Of a DNA stretch of 25,431 bases, positions 7,643 to 17,200 are shown one piece after another. This DNA comes from Aquificaceae bacterium (GTDB taxonomy: Bacteria; Aquificota; Aquificia; Aquificales; Aquificaceae): positions 1 through 25,431 of the forward strand of contig JBCNVD010000007.1 in NCBI GenBank assembly GCA_039630345.1. The letters are read 5' to 3'. Position numbers and translations under genes: made by a program. The first letter of the stretch is position 1. Every line of letters starts with the position of its first letter. Under the pieces are notes generated by a model. The model worked only from the letters and a program-made list of their open reading frames with translations. It was not told the DNA's origin and did not search any database.

Positions 7643-8689
7643 ATGAAAAGGCTTCTGGCTCTGGCTTGCCTTGCTGTTTTGCTATCCTGTGCCAAAGATG
7701 AGAAAAAAGCCCAGACAGCCCCCACTGAGATTTCTGTTAGCGTCTATAGACTAAAGTCAGAGAATGTTGAGACTCTCTTTGAAACCAAAGGGTTTTTTGA
7801 ATCTCAAAAAGATGTCACATTAAAGCCTGAAATAAGCTCCAAGGTAATTGAAATCTTAGTAGAAGAAGGTCAGGCTGTAAAAAGAGGTCAGGCTCTTGTT
7901 AAACTTGACTCTTCAGACTTTCAAAAGCGCTTAAGTCAGCTAAATGCAGAGCTTATGAGAATAAAAGCCCACAGAGAAAACCTGGAAGCAATAGCAAATC
8001 GCAGAAAGATGCTCTTTGAAAGAGAGTTAATATCCAGAGAAGAATTCGAAAGAGCATCAACAGAGGTCAAGCTCCAGCAAGAGGCTGAAAACTCAATCCT
8101 TGCCCAGATTGAGGCGGTCAGGCTAGATATATCAAGAAGCATCATCAGAGCCCCATTTGACGGCTATGTCGCAAAGAGATTTGTAAGCCTTGGTGATTAT
8201 GTAAGTCCCCAATCGCAGGTTATAAGGGTGGTTAATTTAAATCCTGTTGACTTTGTTTTTCAGGTTCCGCAAGAGTCATTAGAGGTTTTAAAGCAAAACT
8301 CTGAGGTAAAAATAACCTCAGAGCCATTTGGTGAATACACAGGGAAGGTATTTTTTATCTCCCCGGTTGCAGACCAAAACAGGTTAATAACCATAAAAGC
8401 AAGGGTTGAAAACCCAAAAGCGGAGCTACGGCCCGGAATGTTTGGGCAGGTAAGGGTTCCAACGGGCTTTGAGCAGGCTTTTGCAATCCCTGAGAGGGCA
8501 ATCATAGTAAGAGGAACCAGAAAAATAGTCTGGAAGATAGAAAACAATGTTGCAAGCCTGGTAGAGGTCAAGATAGTCAAAAAAGAAGGCTCTGTTTCCT
8601 ATGTCCAGGGTAATTTAAAAGAGGGGGATTTGATAGCTATTGAAAACGCCTATGCCCTTCAGCAGGGCAAGAAGGTGATAGTAAGATGA
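7643..8689 (+). CDS. RND efflux periplasmic adaptor subunit (AcrA-like lipoprotein)
   Basis: Lipobox 'LLSC', lipoyl halves 'VEEGQAVKRGQALVKLD' and 'IRAPFDG', 'LRPGMF', 'AIPERAI'. Confidence 0.92.
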   Translation: MKRLLALACLAVLLSCAKDEKKAQTAPTEISVSVYRLKSENVETLFETKGFFESQKDVTLKPEISSKVIEILVEEGQAVKRGQALVKLDSSDFQKRLSQLNAELMRIKAHRENLEAIANRRKMLFERELISREEFERASTEVKLQQEAENSILAQIEAVRLDISRSIIRAPFDGYVAKRFVSLGDYVSPQSQVIRVVNLNPVDFVFQVPQESLEVLKQNSEVKITSEPFGEYTGKVFFISPVADQNRLITIKARVENPKAELRPGMFGQVRVPTGFEQAFAIPERAIIVRGTRKIVWKIENNVASLVEVKIVKKEGSVSYVQGNLKEGDLIAIENAYALQQGKKVIVR

Positions 8690-9873
8690 GATTTTTGCTA
8701 ATTTTCTTAATCGCGCTACGCGCGGTTTATGCAATTACACTGGATCAGGCTCTTGAGCTTGGGAAGGCCAGGGCTTCCAAGCTTCGCCTTAGCGAGCTTG
8801 AGATAAAAAGACTCGAGCAGGAAATCAGGAAAATAAGAGCAGGGATTTTGCCACAGGTTCGCTCTCAGGCAAGTATGAGCTACATCTTTGAAAATTCCAG
8901 AACCATAAGGGAGTTTTCCATAAGCGCAGAGCAGGCGGTTTTTAACCTCTCTGCCCTTGAGGCGCTAAGGCTCGCAAGAGATCAAAAAGAGCTCGAAGAG
9001 CTTATCTTTCAGGACATTTCAAGAGAAATCCAGAAGCAGGTAAGAATCCTGTTTTTTTCGGCGCTTTTGAGAAAAGAGCTTCTTAATTTATCTATAGAAA
9101 ACAAAAAATACTGGGAAGAAAACCTCAGGTTTGTGGAGGCTAAATTTAGCGCAGGGATTTTACCAAAGGCAGAGCTCTTAAGAGCCAGAGCAGAGCTCTC
9201 AAAAGCCAATGCGGAGTTTGAAAGGGCTAAGGATGAGTATGAGAGTTCTTTGAGAAACCTTGGGGCTCTTTTAAAGACTGAAGTAACAGAAGTCAGCGGT
9301 AATTTGAGCTTTGAAACACTTGAAGCCAGAGATTTTGAAAAAGAATTGCTAAATAATAATAGCACTTTGAAAGTAGGCATCAAAAAGATAGAGCTTGCAA
9401 AAGCTGCAGTAGGTTTTCAAAAAAGCAGATACTATCCAAGTGTCAGTGCTCTTTTTTCTTATCTTAATTCTTCGTCAAATTTAAGGCAGAGCGATGGGTT
9501 TTCATTTCAGCTAAGGTTAAATGCGGATATATTTGACGGATTTGCAAAAGATGCGTCTGTTGCACAGGCAAACATAGAGGTTTTAAAGCAAATAGAGTCT
9601 TTTGAAGACTTGAAGTTAGAGCTCTTAACAAAACTTAGAAACTCCTTGGGTAATTTAAAAGCCGTCAGCGCAAGGATAGACGCAATAGATAAAGCTTTAG
9701 ATGCCGCAAACGAAGCTCTAAGGCTATCCACAGAGCGCTATAGATTTGGAATTACCAACCAGCTTGAGGTTTTGGAAGCTAGAAGAAACCTCAATCAGAT
9801 TAAGTCAGAAAGACTTTTTGCGCTTTACGAATATCAGTTAGCTCTGAGTGAGATTATAAGGCTAACTAGATGA
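8686..9873 (+). CDS. TolC family outer membrane efflux protein
   Basis: Signal peptide, 'ITLDQALELG', and two OEP repeats ('KFSAGILPKAELL' and 'RYRFGITNQLEVLEA'). Confidence 0.9.
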   Translation: MRFLLIFLIALRAVYAITLDQALELGKARASKLRLSELEIKRLEQEIRKIRAGILPQVRSQASMSYIFENSRTIREFSISAEQAVFNLSALEALRLARDQKELEELIFQDISREIQKQVRILFFSALLRKELLNLSIENKKYWEENLRFVEAKFSAGILPKAELLRARAELSKANAEFERAKDEYESSLRNLGALLKTEVTEVSGNLSFETLEARDFEKELLNNNSTLKVGIKKIELAKAAVGFQKSRYYPSVSALFSYLNSSSNLRQSDGFSFQLRLNADIFDGFAKDASVAQANIEVLKQIESFEDLKLELLTKLRNSLGNLKAVSARIDAIDKALDAANEALRLSTERYRFGITNQLEVLEARRNLNQIKSERLFALYEYQLALSEIIRLTR

Positions 9874-11126
9874 AAGGCTTTATTTTAGTGCTTGTTCTTT
9901 TTGCGCTTTTTTCAAGAGGGTTTTCAATGACGCTCGAGGAAGTTATTGAATTAGCCGTTAAAAACAGCAAGCCGTTATTAAGCGCCAGGAGGGAGACAGA
10001 GGCTGCAAAACTGGAGCTAAGCGCTCAAAGGCAGAGTTTTTTGCCGACGCTTTTTTTAAGCTACGGAGGGACAATTCAGGCACAGCCTCAGGAGTTTGAG
10101 CTTGGCTTTCTTGGATTTGAAGACTTTCAAACCTCAAGGCGCACATTTCAAAACCTGAGATTTGGAGCAAGATTCCAGCTCTTTGACGGGGGATTAAGGA
10201 ACTCTTTAACCGAGGCAGCTACTTACTCTCTATCCATTTCAAAGCTTCAGGAGGTTGAAAAAGAGCAATCTATTAAGTTAGAAGCAGCTCTTGCTTTTTT
10301 TGACGCTCTTAGCACCAAAGAGCTCGTCGAAGTTCAGAAAAAACAGCTCGAGAGCATAAACGCAATCCTCACGCAACGGGAGGCTTTTTTTAAAGCTGGT
10401 CTTATAACAGTTACTGAAGTGTTGCAGGCAAGGGTTCGTCAATCTGAGGCTTTGAGAGAACTTCAAAGAGCGGAAGGTCAGCTAAGGATAAGCCTTGAAA
10501 ACCTAAAAAGACTAACAGGCAGGGAAGTTAAAGATCTAAATCCGCCAGAGATGATGCCAGAGCCAGAGCCTCTTGAGAGGTCTTTGATAAAGGCTCAAAA
10601 AAGAGCGAGCTTGAAAATTATTGAGGAGCAGGCAAAGCTCTTAAGAGCTCAAAGAAAAGCTCAAATATCCGCCATTTACCCGCAAATAAACTTAGAGGCT
10701 CTTTACATCTACTCAGACCAGAATCTAGCTATAAAGCCACGCGGAAACTTTCAGGCGGGAATAACGCTAGATTTTAGCATCCGCGGACTGGAAGCTATAA
10801 AGAGGGCAAGCGCAATCTCTGAAAGAGAGAGGGCAGTTTTGGCAAACCTTGAAGAGCAAAGAGAGCTTATTAGACTGGAGATTTTAAAGGCTTATGAGGA
10901 TTATAAAGTATCTTTGGAAAACCTGAAAGTTGCAAGGGATAACCTCAAATACGCTCAGGAGCTATTTAGGCTATCTCAAAAGCAATACGAAAACCAGATA
11001 ATAACTGGTTTGGAACTTCTAGAGGCCGAGGCTTCTTTAACTCAGGCAAGGAAAGCAGAGATAGTTGCAAAATACGATCTTTTTAAATCTATTTTGAGAA
11101 TAAAAAGACAGGTGGGAGAGCTTTGA
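9870..11126 (+). CDS. TolC family outer membrane efflux protein (second copy)
   Basis: Signal peptide, 'MTLEEVIELAVKNS', 'LFDGG', 'FFKAGLITVTEVLQA', 'QYENQIITGLELLEA'. Confidence 0.9.
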   Translation: MKGFILVLVLFALFSRGFSMTLEEVIELAVKNSKPLLSARRETEAAKLELSAQRQSFLPTLFLSYGGTIQAQPQEFELGFLGFEDFQTSRRTFQNLRFGARFQLFDGGLRNSLTEAATYSLSISKLQEVEKEQSIKLEAALAFFDALSTKELVEVQKKQLESINAILTQREAFFKAGLITVTEVLQARVRQSEALRELQRAEGQLRISLENLKRLTGREVKDLNPPEMMPEPEPLERSLIKAQKRASLKIIEEQAKLLRAQRKAQISAIYPQINLEALYIYSDQNLAIKPRGNFQAGITLDFSIRGLEAIKRASAISERERAVLANLEEQRELIRLEILKAYEDYKVSLENLKVARDNLKYAQELFRLSQKQYENQIITGLELLEAEASLTQARKAEIVAKYDLFKSILRIKRQVGEL

Positions 11127-12241
11127 AGAAATTGATCGCCACTGCTTTGGCTATTTTTTTGCTGGTTTTTCTATTTTTTTCCTATAGATGGGTCAGACAC
11201 AGAGTAGAATACGCAATCAGCGACGCAGCTTTTGTCAGAAGCGACCATCTTGCTACCCTTAGCTTTGAAGTTGATGGCAGGATTGTCGAGATAAATCCAG
11301 AGGTAGGTAGCGAGGTAAAAGCAGGCGATATTCTTGCAAAGATAGACTCAAGTTTAATAGAGTCAAAAGTTTCAGTTAAAGAAGCTATGGTGCAGTCTAT
11401 ACACGAGCAAATTCGCAAACTAAAATTTGAAAAAAGCAGGATAATGCTAGAGCTTGGCGCAAATCTCGATAGCGCTAGCTTAAACCTTCAAAAAAGCAAA
11501 GCAAACGAAGAGATAGCTTCCAAAGAATTTGATTCTGCCAAAATTAGCTTTGAACAGAGCGAAAGAGAGCTAAAAAGAGCCGAAAGCTTATTCAAAGAAG
11601 GGCTTTTGCCAAAAAAACAATACGAGCAGGCGCTTCTTGATTATAGCATCAGCAAAAACAGGCTCGATTCTGCAAACTCCTCTTTGAAAATTGCCAGAGC
11701 GCAGACATCTCAGGCAATGAGCACCATTTCGGAACTGAGAGCAAAAATGAGAGTAACTCAAGAAATTGACGCACAGATTGGCTCTTTGCAGGCTCAGGCA
11801 AGTGCAATCATTGAGGAGATTAACTTAATTAAGTTAGAGCTCTTGAAAACTTCGCTTGAAGCACCATTTGATGGGTTTGTGGCAAGGAGGTTTGCATCTC
11901 AAGGCGATACCATAAGGGCAGGTCAGCCAGTTCTGGCTCTTTTAAAAAAAGACTCTCTTTTTGTAGAGGTTTTGCTAGAAGAGACGAGCTTAAAAGGCAT
12001 AAGGGTTGGCTCAAAGGCGACTTTCAAACTCGATGCCTATCCTGATGAGGTCTTTATGGGGGAAGTTATTAGCATAAGCCCCGCAACCGCTGCCAGCTTT
12101 GCTATTCTTCCAAGGGATATATCTTCAGGTGAGTTTGTCAAGCTCGTTCAAAGAGTGCCAGTAAGGATCAAACTAACACAGGGGCCTATGCATTTGCTTA
12201 GAGTAGGGATGGGTGGATCGGTCAAAATAAAGAGGGAGTAA
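11123..12241 (+). CDS. emrA: EmrA/HlyD family membrane fusion protein
   Basis: N-terminal membrane anchor, 'SDAAFV', long coiled coil, 'APFDGFV', 'SPATAASFAILP', 'FVKLVQRVPVRI'. TTG start. Confidence 0.88.
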   Translation: MKKLIATALAIFLLVFLFFSYRWVRHRVEYAISDAAFVRSDHLATLSFEVDGRIVEINPEVGSEVKAGDILAKIDSSLIESKVSVKEAMVQSIHEQIRKLKFEKSRIMLELGANLDSASLNLQKSKANEEIASKEFDSAKISFEQSERELKRAESLFKEGLLPKKQYEQALLDYSISKNRLDSANSSLKIARAQTSQAMSTISELRAKMRVTQEIDAQIGSLQAQASAIIEEINLIKLELLKTSLEAPFDGFVARRFASQGDTIRAGQPVLALLKKDSLFVEVLLEETSLKGIRVGSKATFKLDAYPDEVFMGEVISISPATAASFAILPRDISSGEFVKLVQRVPVRIKLTQGPMHLLRVGMGGSVKIKRE

Positions 12242-12243
12242 AG

Positions 12244-13743
12244 TTGGAGCTTTACGAAAAGATTTCAAAAACAGAGAGAGTTATTCTTACTTTTGCCCTC
12301 ATGAGCGGGGTTTTTATGGCGATTCTTGATACTACCATAGTTGACATAATAGTTCCTAAACTTACAGGACCTTTAAGCACAGACCTGTATGGCGTTCAGT
12401 GGGTCATAACTTCCTATATGACTGCTGCGGCGGCTGCTATTTTGCTGGTTGAGTGGCTTGAATCTGTTATGGGTCTTAGGAAGGTCTTTATGCTTGGGCT
12501 TTTTATCTTTACATTATCTTCGTTTTTTTGCGCTCAGGCAAACTCGCTTGAGTGGATGATAATTTCCCGTACCTTTCAGGGGTTTGGGGAGTCTTTGATA
12601 GTTGTAAGCGCCGAGTCTTTGCTTTTTTCTGCCTATGAGCCAAGTATGAGAGGGGTTGCGATGGGTATTTATGGGTTGGGAGTTAGCTTTGCGCCTGCGC
12701 TTGGACCAACGCTTGGCGGATGGATAACAGAGCACCTAAGCTGGCGCTGGGTTTTTTACATAAATGTCCCCATAGGGATAATTACCTTTTTGCTAAGCGC
12801 CATATATCTATCAGAGTATAGACGCCAGAGAAAGCACTCTTTTAATGCGGTTTCTTTTACTTTTTTAACCATTTTTACAGTCAGCACGCTTATTTTATTA
12901 TCCCGTGGGCAAAAAGAGGGGTGGTTTTCGAGTCTTTTTATAATTTATGCTTTTATTGTAGCGGTTTCTTCGCTTTTGATGTTTTTTATAAGTGAGCTTC
13001 TTAGTAAAAATCCTTTAATTAATCCGGAGATTTTCAGGATTAAAGAGTTTAATGTTGCATTTGTGGTTTATATGTTCGTGCTTGGGTTTTCGATGTATCA
13101 GGTTTTTTATATGTTGCCTCTTTATTTTGAAAGGCTAAAAGGGCTTGGCACTTTTGAAACGGGTCTTAATGTGCTTCCGCTTGCTATCTCTATAGGCATA
13201 AGCTCTGTGGTTGCGGGGTTAATAAGCGATAGGCGCTCGCCTGTTGGGGTTTTGATATTGGCGGTGATTATCTACATAGGGGCTGTTTTTTTATTTTTAA
13301 GGACTCTTGATGCATACAGCTCTTTTTCAAAGACCAGACTTTACCTTATTTTGCTTGGGATAGGCATGGGTCTTTTCTTTGCCCCGATTACCCAGCTTGC
13401 TCTAAAGCGCCTTGGCGAGATGACCACTCTTGGCGTTAGCCTGATGCACTATATAAGGTTTGTGGGTGGCTCTTTTGGAACTGCGATAGCGACAAATCAC
13501 CTCCAATCAGCCTTTAGCGAAAACTATCAGCGAATACTTGAGCTTCAAAATCCTACCTATTTAAACTACTGGCTTGAGTCTGCAGGGGGGATTTTTGCGC
13601 TCTGGTCTTATCAGCAACTTGAGGCGCTATCCAGATCTTTTGGCGAGGTGTTTTTATTCTCTGGCGTTTGGGCTCTTATTGGGGGTGTATGGATTTTCTT
13701 CCTGATGGGGGGTCGAAGGGGGGAAATCCCCCCTTCGGCTTAA
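12244..13743 (+). CDS. emrB: DHA2 family MFS drug:H+ antiporter (EmrB/QacA)
   Basis: 'FMAILDTTIV', 'QWVITSY', 'APALGPTLGGWITEHLSWRWVFYINVPIG', 'RFVGGSFG'. TTG start. Confidence 0.92.
   Translation: MELYEKISKTERVILTFALMSGVFMAILDTTIVDIIVPKLTGPLSTDLYGVQWVITSYMTAAAAAILLVEWLESVMGLRKVFMLGLFIFTLSSFFCAQANSLEWMIISRTFQGFGESLIVVSAESLLFSAYEPSMRGVAMGIYGLGVSFAPALGPTLGGWITEHLSWRWVFYINVPIGIITFLLSAIYLSEYRRQRKHSFNAVSFTFLTIFTVSTLILLSRGQKEGWFSSLFIIYAFIVAVSSLLMFFISELLSKNPLINPEIFRIKEFNVAFVVYMFVLGFSMYQVFYMLPLYFERLKGLGTFETGLNVLPLAISIGISSVVAGLISDRRSPVGVLILAVIIYIGAVFLFLRTLDAYSSFSKTRLYLILLGIGMGLFFAPITQLALKRLGEMTTLGVSLMHYIRFVGGSFGTAIATNHLQSAFSENYQRILELQNPTYLNYWLESAGGIFALWSYQQLEALSRSFGEVFLFSGVWALIGGVWIFFLMGGRRGEIPPSA
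13712..13739. repeat. GC-rich inverted repeat (possible terminator or processing hairpin)
   Basis: cgaagggggg (13714-13723), loop aaat, ccccccttcg (13728-13737): a perfect 10-bp stem, extendable by G-U and G-C pairs. Only a weak U-tract follows. Confidence 0.6.
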
Positions 13744-13751
13744 ATATTAGT

Positions 13752-14267
13752 ATGGTAAAAATAGGAGTTTTGACAGTTTCGGATAGGGCAAGCAGAGGTG
13801 AGTATGAGGATATCAGTGGGCGCTACATCCTTGAGTATCTCGAGCAGGTTTTAGATGTGCCTTATGAGAGTGTTTATAAGATAGTCCCTGATGAGCTTGA
13901 GCTTATAAAGAGAGCTCTTATTGATATGTGTGATGGGGGTTGTTATCTTGTTTTAACCACGGGTGGCACGGGGCCTGCGCCAAGGGATGTAACGCCTGAG
14001 GCAACGCTTGATATATGCGAAAGAGAGCTCCCGGGCTTTGGAGAGCTTATGAGAAGGGTCTCTTTAGAGCAGGTGCCGACCGCGATTCTTTCTCGCCAGA
14101 CTGCGGCAACCAGGGGCAAGAGCCTGATTGTGAATTTGCCCGGAAAGCCTCAGTCTATAAAGGTCTGTCTTGATGCGGTTTTTCCTGCAATTCCTTATTG
14201 TATAGAGCTCCTTGGCGGGCCTTTTATAAATACAAAAGGACACATAAAAGCCTTTAGACCATCATGA
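13752..14267 (+). CDS. mog: Molybdopterin adenylyltransferase
   Basis: 'KIGVLTVSDRAS', 'TTGGTGPAPRDVTPEAT', 'PGFGELMR', 'NLPGKP'. The real start is probably the ATG at 13752, not 13668. Confidence 0.93.
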   Translation: MVKIGVLTVSDRASRGEYEDISGRYILEYLEQVLDVPYESVYKIVPDELELIKRALIDMCDGGCYLVLTTGGTGPAPRDVTPEATLDICERELPGFGELMRRVSLEQVPTAILSRQTAATRGKSLIVNLPGKPQSIKVCLDAVFPAIPYCIELLGGPFINTKGHIKAFRPS

Positions 14268-17200
14268 GAGAGTTTGTGCATCTTCATCTGCATACTCAGT
14301 ATTCATTGCTTGATGGTGCTATAAAGATCAAAGACCTTGTAAAGCTTGCAGAGAGGATGGGCTATAAGGCAGTTGCCATGACCGACCATGGCAACCTCTT
14401 TGGTGCGGTGGAGTTTTACACAAGCCTTAAAGCCTCGGGACTTAAGCCAATTATAGGGATGGAGGCTTATATAAACGTAGAGTCCAGATTTTCAAAAGCA
14501 AAGAGCTCTGAGGATAACTTAACTGACGATGTAAACAGCCACATAGTCCTTATAGCCAAGGACGATAAAGGGTTTAAAAACCTGATGTCTCTTTCAACAA
14601 AATCTTACAAAGAGGGTCTTAATCAAAAACCCAGGATAGATTTTGAGCTTCTTCAGAGTCATTCAGAGGGGATTATTGCGTTAACTTCGTGCATCAGAGG
14701 GATTCCCGGGCACTTTTTATTAAAAGGTGAGGAAAATAGAGCTATTGAGCTAACCAAGAGATTGTTTGACATATTTGACAAAGATCTTTATTTAGAGCTT
14801 CAGTCTAATTCCCTGATAGAGCAGGAGAGATTAAATCGCTTTTTAATTGAGGTTTCAAAAAAGCTTGGGGCAAAGCTGGTTGCTACGAATAACTGCCACT
14901 ATCTTATGCCCGAAGACGCTTTGGCTCATCAGGTGCTCCTTGCAATACAGACTAAAAAGACGCTTCAGGAGATGCAAAAGCTAAATATAAAGTTTCCAAA
15001 AAGTGGGCTTCACTTTTTAAGCCCTGAGGAAGCTATAGAGCGCTTTAGAAATGCCTTTGACGGCTGGGAAAGGGCGATTTTAAATACCATCGAGGTTGCA
15101 GAAAAGACCTCAGATAGATTTGAGCTTCTTGAAACTAAAGGCGCTTTGATGCCCGGTTTTGATAAAGATAAAGCCTGGAGTTTAAGAGAGCTGGCTTTTG
15201 AAGGTCTTAAAAAGAGGATAGAGCAATCGCTTGCTAAAGACTCACCGCAGTACTGGGAAAGACTCCAGTATGAGCTTGATGTTGTGTCAAAGATGGGCTT
15301 TGAGGGATATTTCCTTATAGTTCAGGACTTTATAAACTGGGCTAAAAATAAGTCTATCCCCGTAGGTCCGGGTCGTGGGTCTGCTGCAGGGTCTTTGCTT
15401 GCCTTTGCGCTTGGAATTACCGATGTTGACCCAATTAAGCACGGACTTTTATTTGAGAGGTTTTTAAACCCCGAGCGCGTCTCTTTGCCAGACATAGATG
15501 TTGACTTTTGCATGGAAAGAAGAGACGAGGTTATAAATTATGTGCGCGATAAATACTCTCATGATAATGTCTCCCAGATTATTACCTACAACTTTATGAA
15601 AGCAAAGCAAACCATTAGAGATACCGCAAGAGCCCTTGGAATAGCTTATAAAGAAGCGGACGAGCTTGCAAAGCTTGTGCCCCAGGGCGATGTTCAGGGC
15701 ACATGGCTATCTCTTGAGGAGATGGCAATAACGAGTATAGAAGAGCTTTTAAGTAAATATGGCAAACACAGAACTGATATAGAGCTGAATGCAAATAAGT
15801 TTAGAGATCTCTGTCAGCAAAGCCCGCAACTTGAGACACTTTTAAAAATAGCCCTCAAGCTTGAAGGTCTTGCAAGGCATACATCCTTGCACGCAGCCGG
15901 GGTCGTTATAGCCCCAACTGCTCTTGAGGAGCTGGTACCTCTTTATGTTGATAAAGACGGTCAGATTGCAACCCAATATGACATGGTGCATTTAGAGCAT
16001 CTTGGGTTTATCAAAATGGACTTTCTTGGGCTAAAGACCCTTACGGAGTTAGAAAGAATCAAAAATCTAATACAGGAAAGACATCAAAAAAATATCGAGT
16101 ATCTGAAATTGCCCCTTGACGATGAGAAGGTTTTTGAGCTTTTGCGCCTGGGTCAGAGCGTTGGGGTATTTCAACTAGAGAGCTCTGGCATGAGAGCGCT
16201 TTTAAGGAGGTTAGAGCCAGATAAGTTTGACGATATAGTTGCGGTTCTTGCTCTTTATAGACCAGGACCTCTAAAGAGTGGGCTCGTGGATGCATATATA
16301 AATAGAAAGCACGGGCGAGAGAGCGTAGATTATCCCTTCCCGGAGCTTGAGGAGATTTTAAAAGAAACCTATGGGGTGTGGGTCTATCAGGAGCAAATCA
16401 TGAAAGCCTCGCAAATTCTGGCGGGGTTTTCCCCCGGCGAAGCAGACACTTTGAGAAAGGCCATAGGCAAGAAAAAAGCAGACCTTATGCAAAATATGAA
16501 AGAAAAATTCATAAAAGGGGCCATAGATAGAGGCTTTAACGAGAATAAAATCAGAGCTCTCTGGGATGATATAGAGAAGTTTGCGAGCTATTCTTTCAAC
16601 AAATCTCACTCTGTGGCTTATGGATATTTATCTTACTGGACTGCATATGTAAAGGCACATTACCCAACCGAGTTTTTCTGCATTAAACTCTCAACCGAAA
16701 AGAGCGACAGGAAGTTTATAAACCTAATTCACGATTTAAAGAATTTTTCAATAAAGCTCCTGCCTCCTGATATAAACAAAAGCCAGAAGGACTTTACCAT
16801 AGCATCAGAGAAAGCGATAAGATTTGGACTTTCCCGCATCAAGGGAGTAGGCGAAGAGACCGCAGACCTTATAGTTTCAGAGAGAAAGCGAAGCTGGACC
16901 TCAATAGGGGATTTTTTTAGGCACTTCAAAAGCGTGCCAGAGTCTCGCAAAATAAACAAGAAGGTTCTGGAAGCGCTCATAAAATCAGGTGCCTTCGACT
17001 GGACAGGTAGCTCAAGAAGCTCTATGCTTTCAGCCATAGAAAAGGACATAATAATCCCAAGAGGACTTTTTGAATCCAAAGAGGAGAAAAATGGCGACAA
17101 CAGGGCGGAATTAGAAAGAGAAGTGCTTGGATTTTACATCTCTTACCATCCTCTGGATCCATACGAGCATATCCTTAAAGACTTGGTAAGCACCATAGAG

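Noticed and set aside
8712..8724. Short cgcgc-tac-gcgcg palindrome in the tolC signal-peptide region
   Set aside because: A 5-bp stem is within chance expectation.
13668..13751. N-terminal extension of Mog in the ORF track
   Set aside because: It overlaps emrB and the hairpin. Mog similarity begins at the ATG at 13752.
12244..14260. Locally T/G-rich composition suggesting a skew switch or foreign DNA
   Set aside because: It is largely explained by hydrophobic codons of the membrane protein. A windowed third-position skew calculation would be needed to say more.
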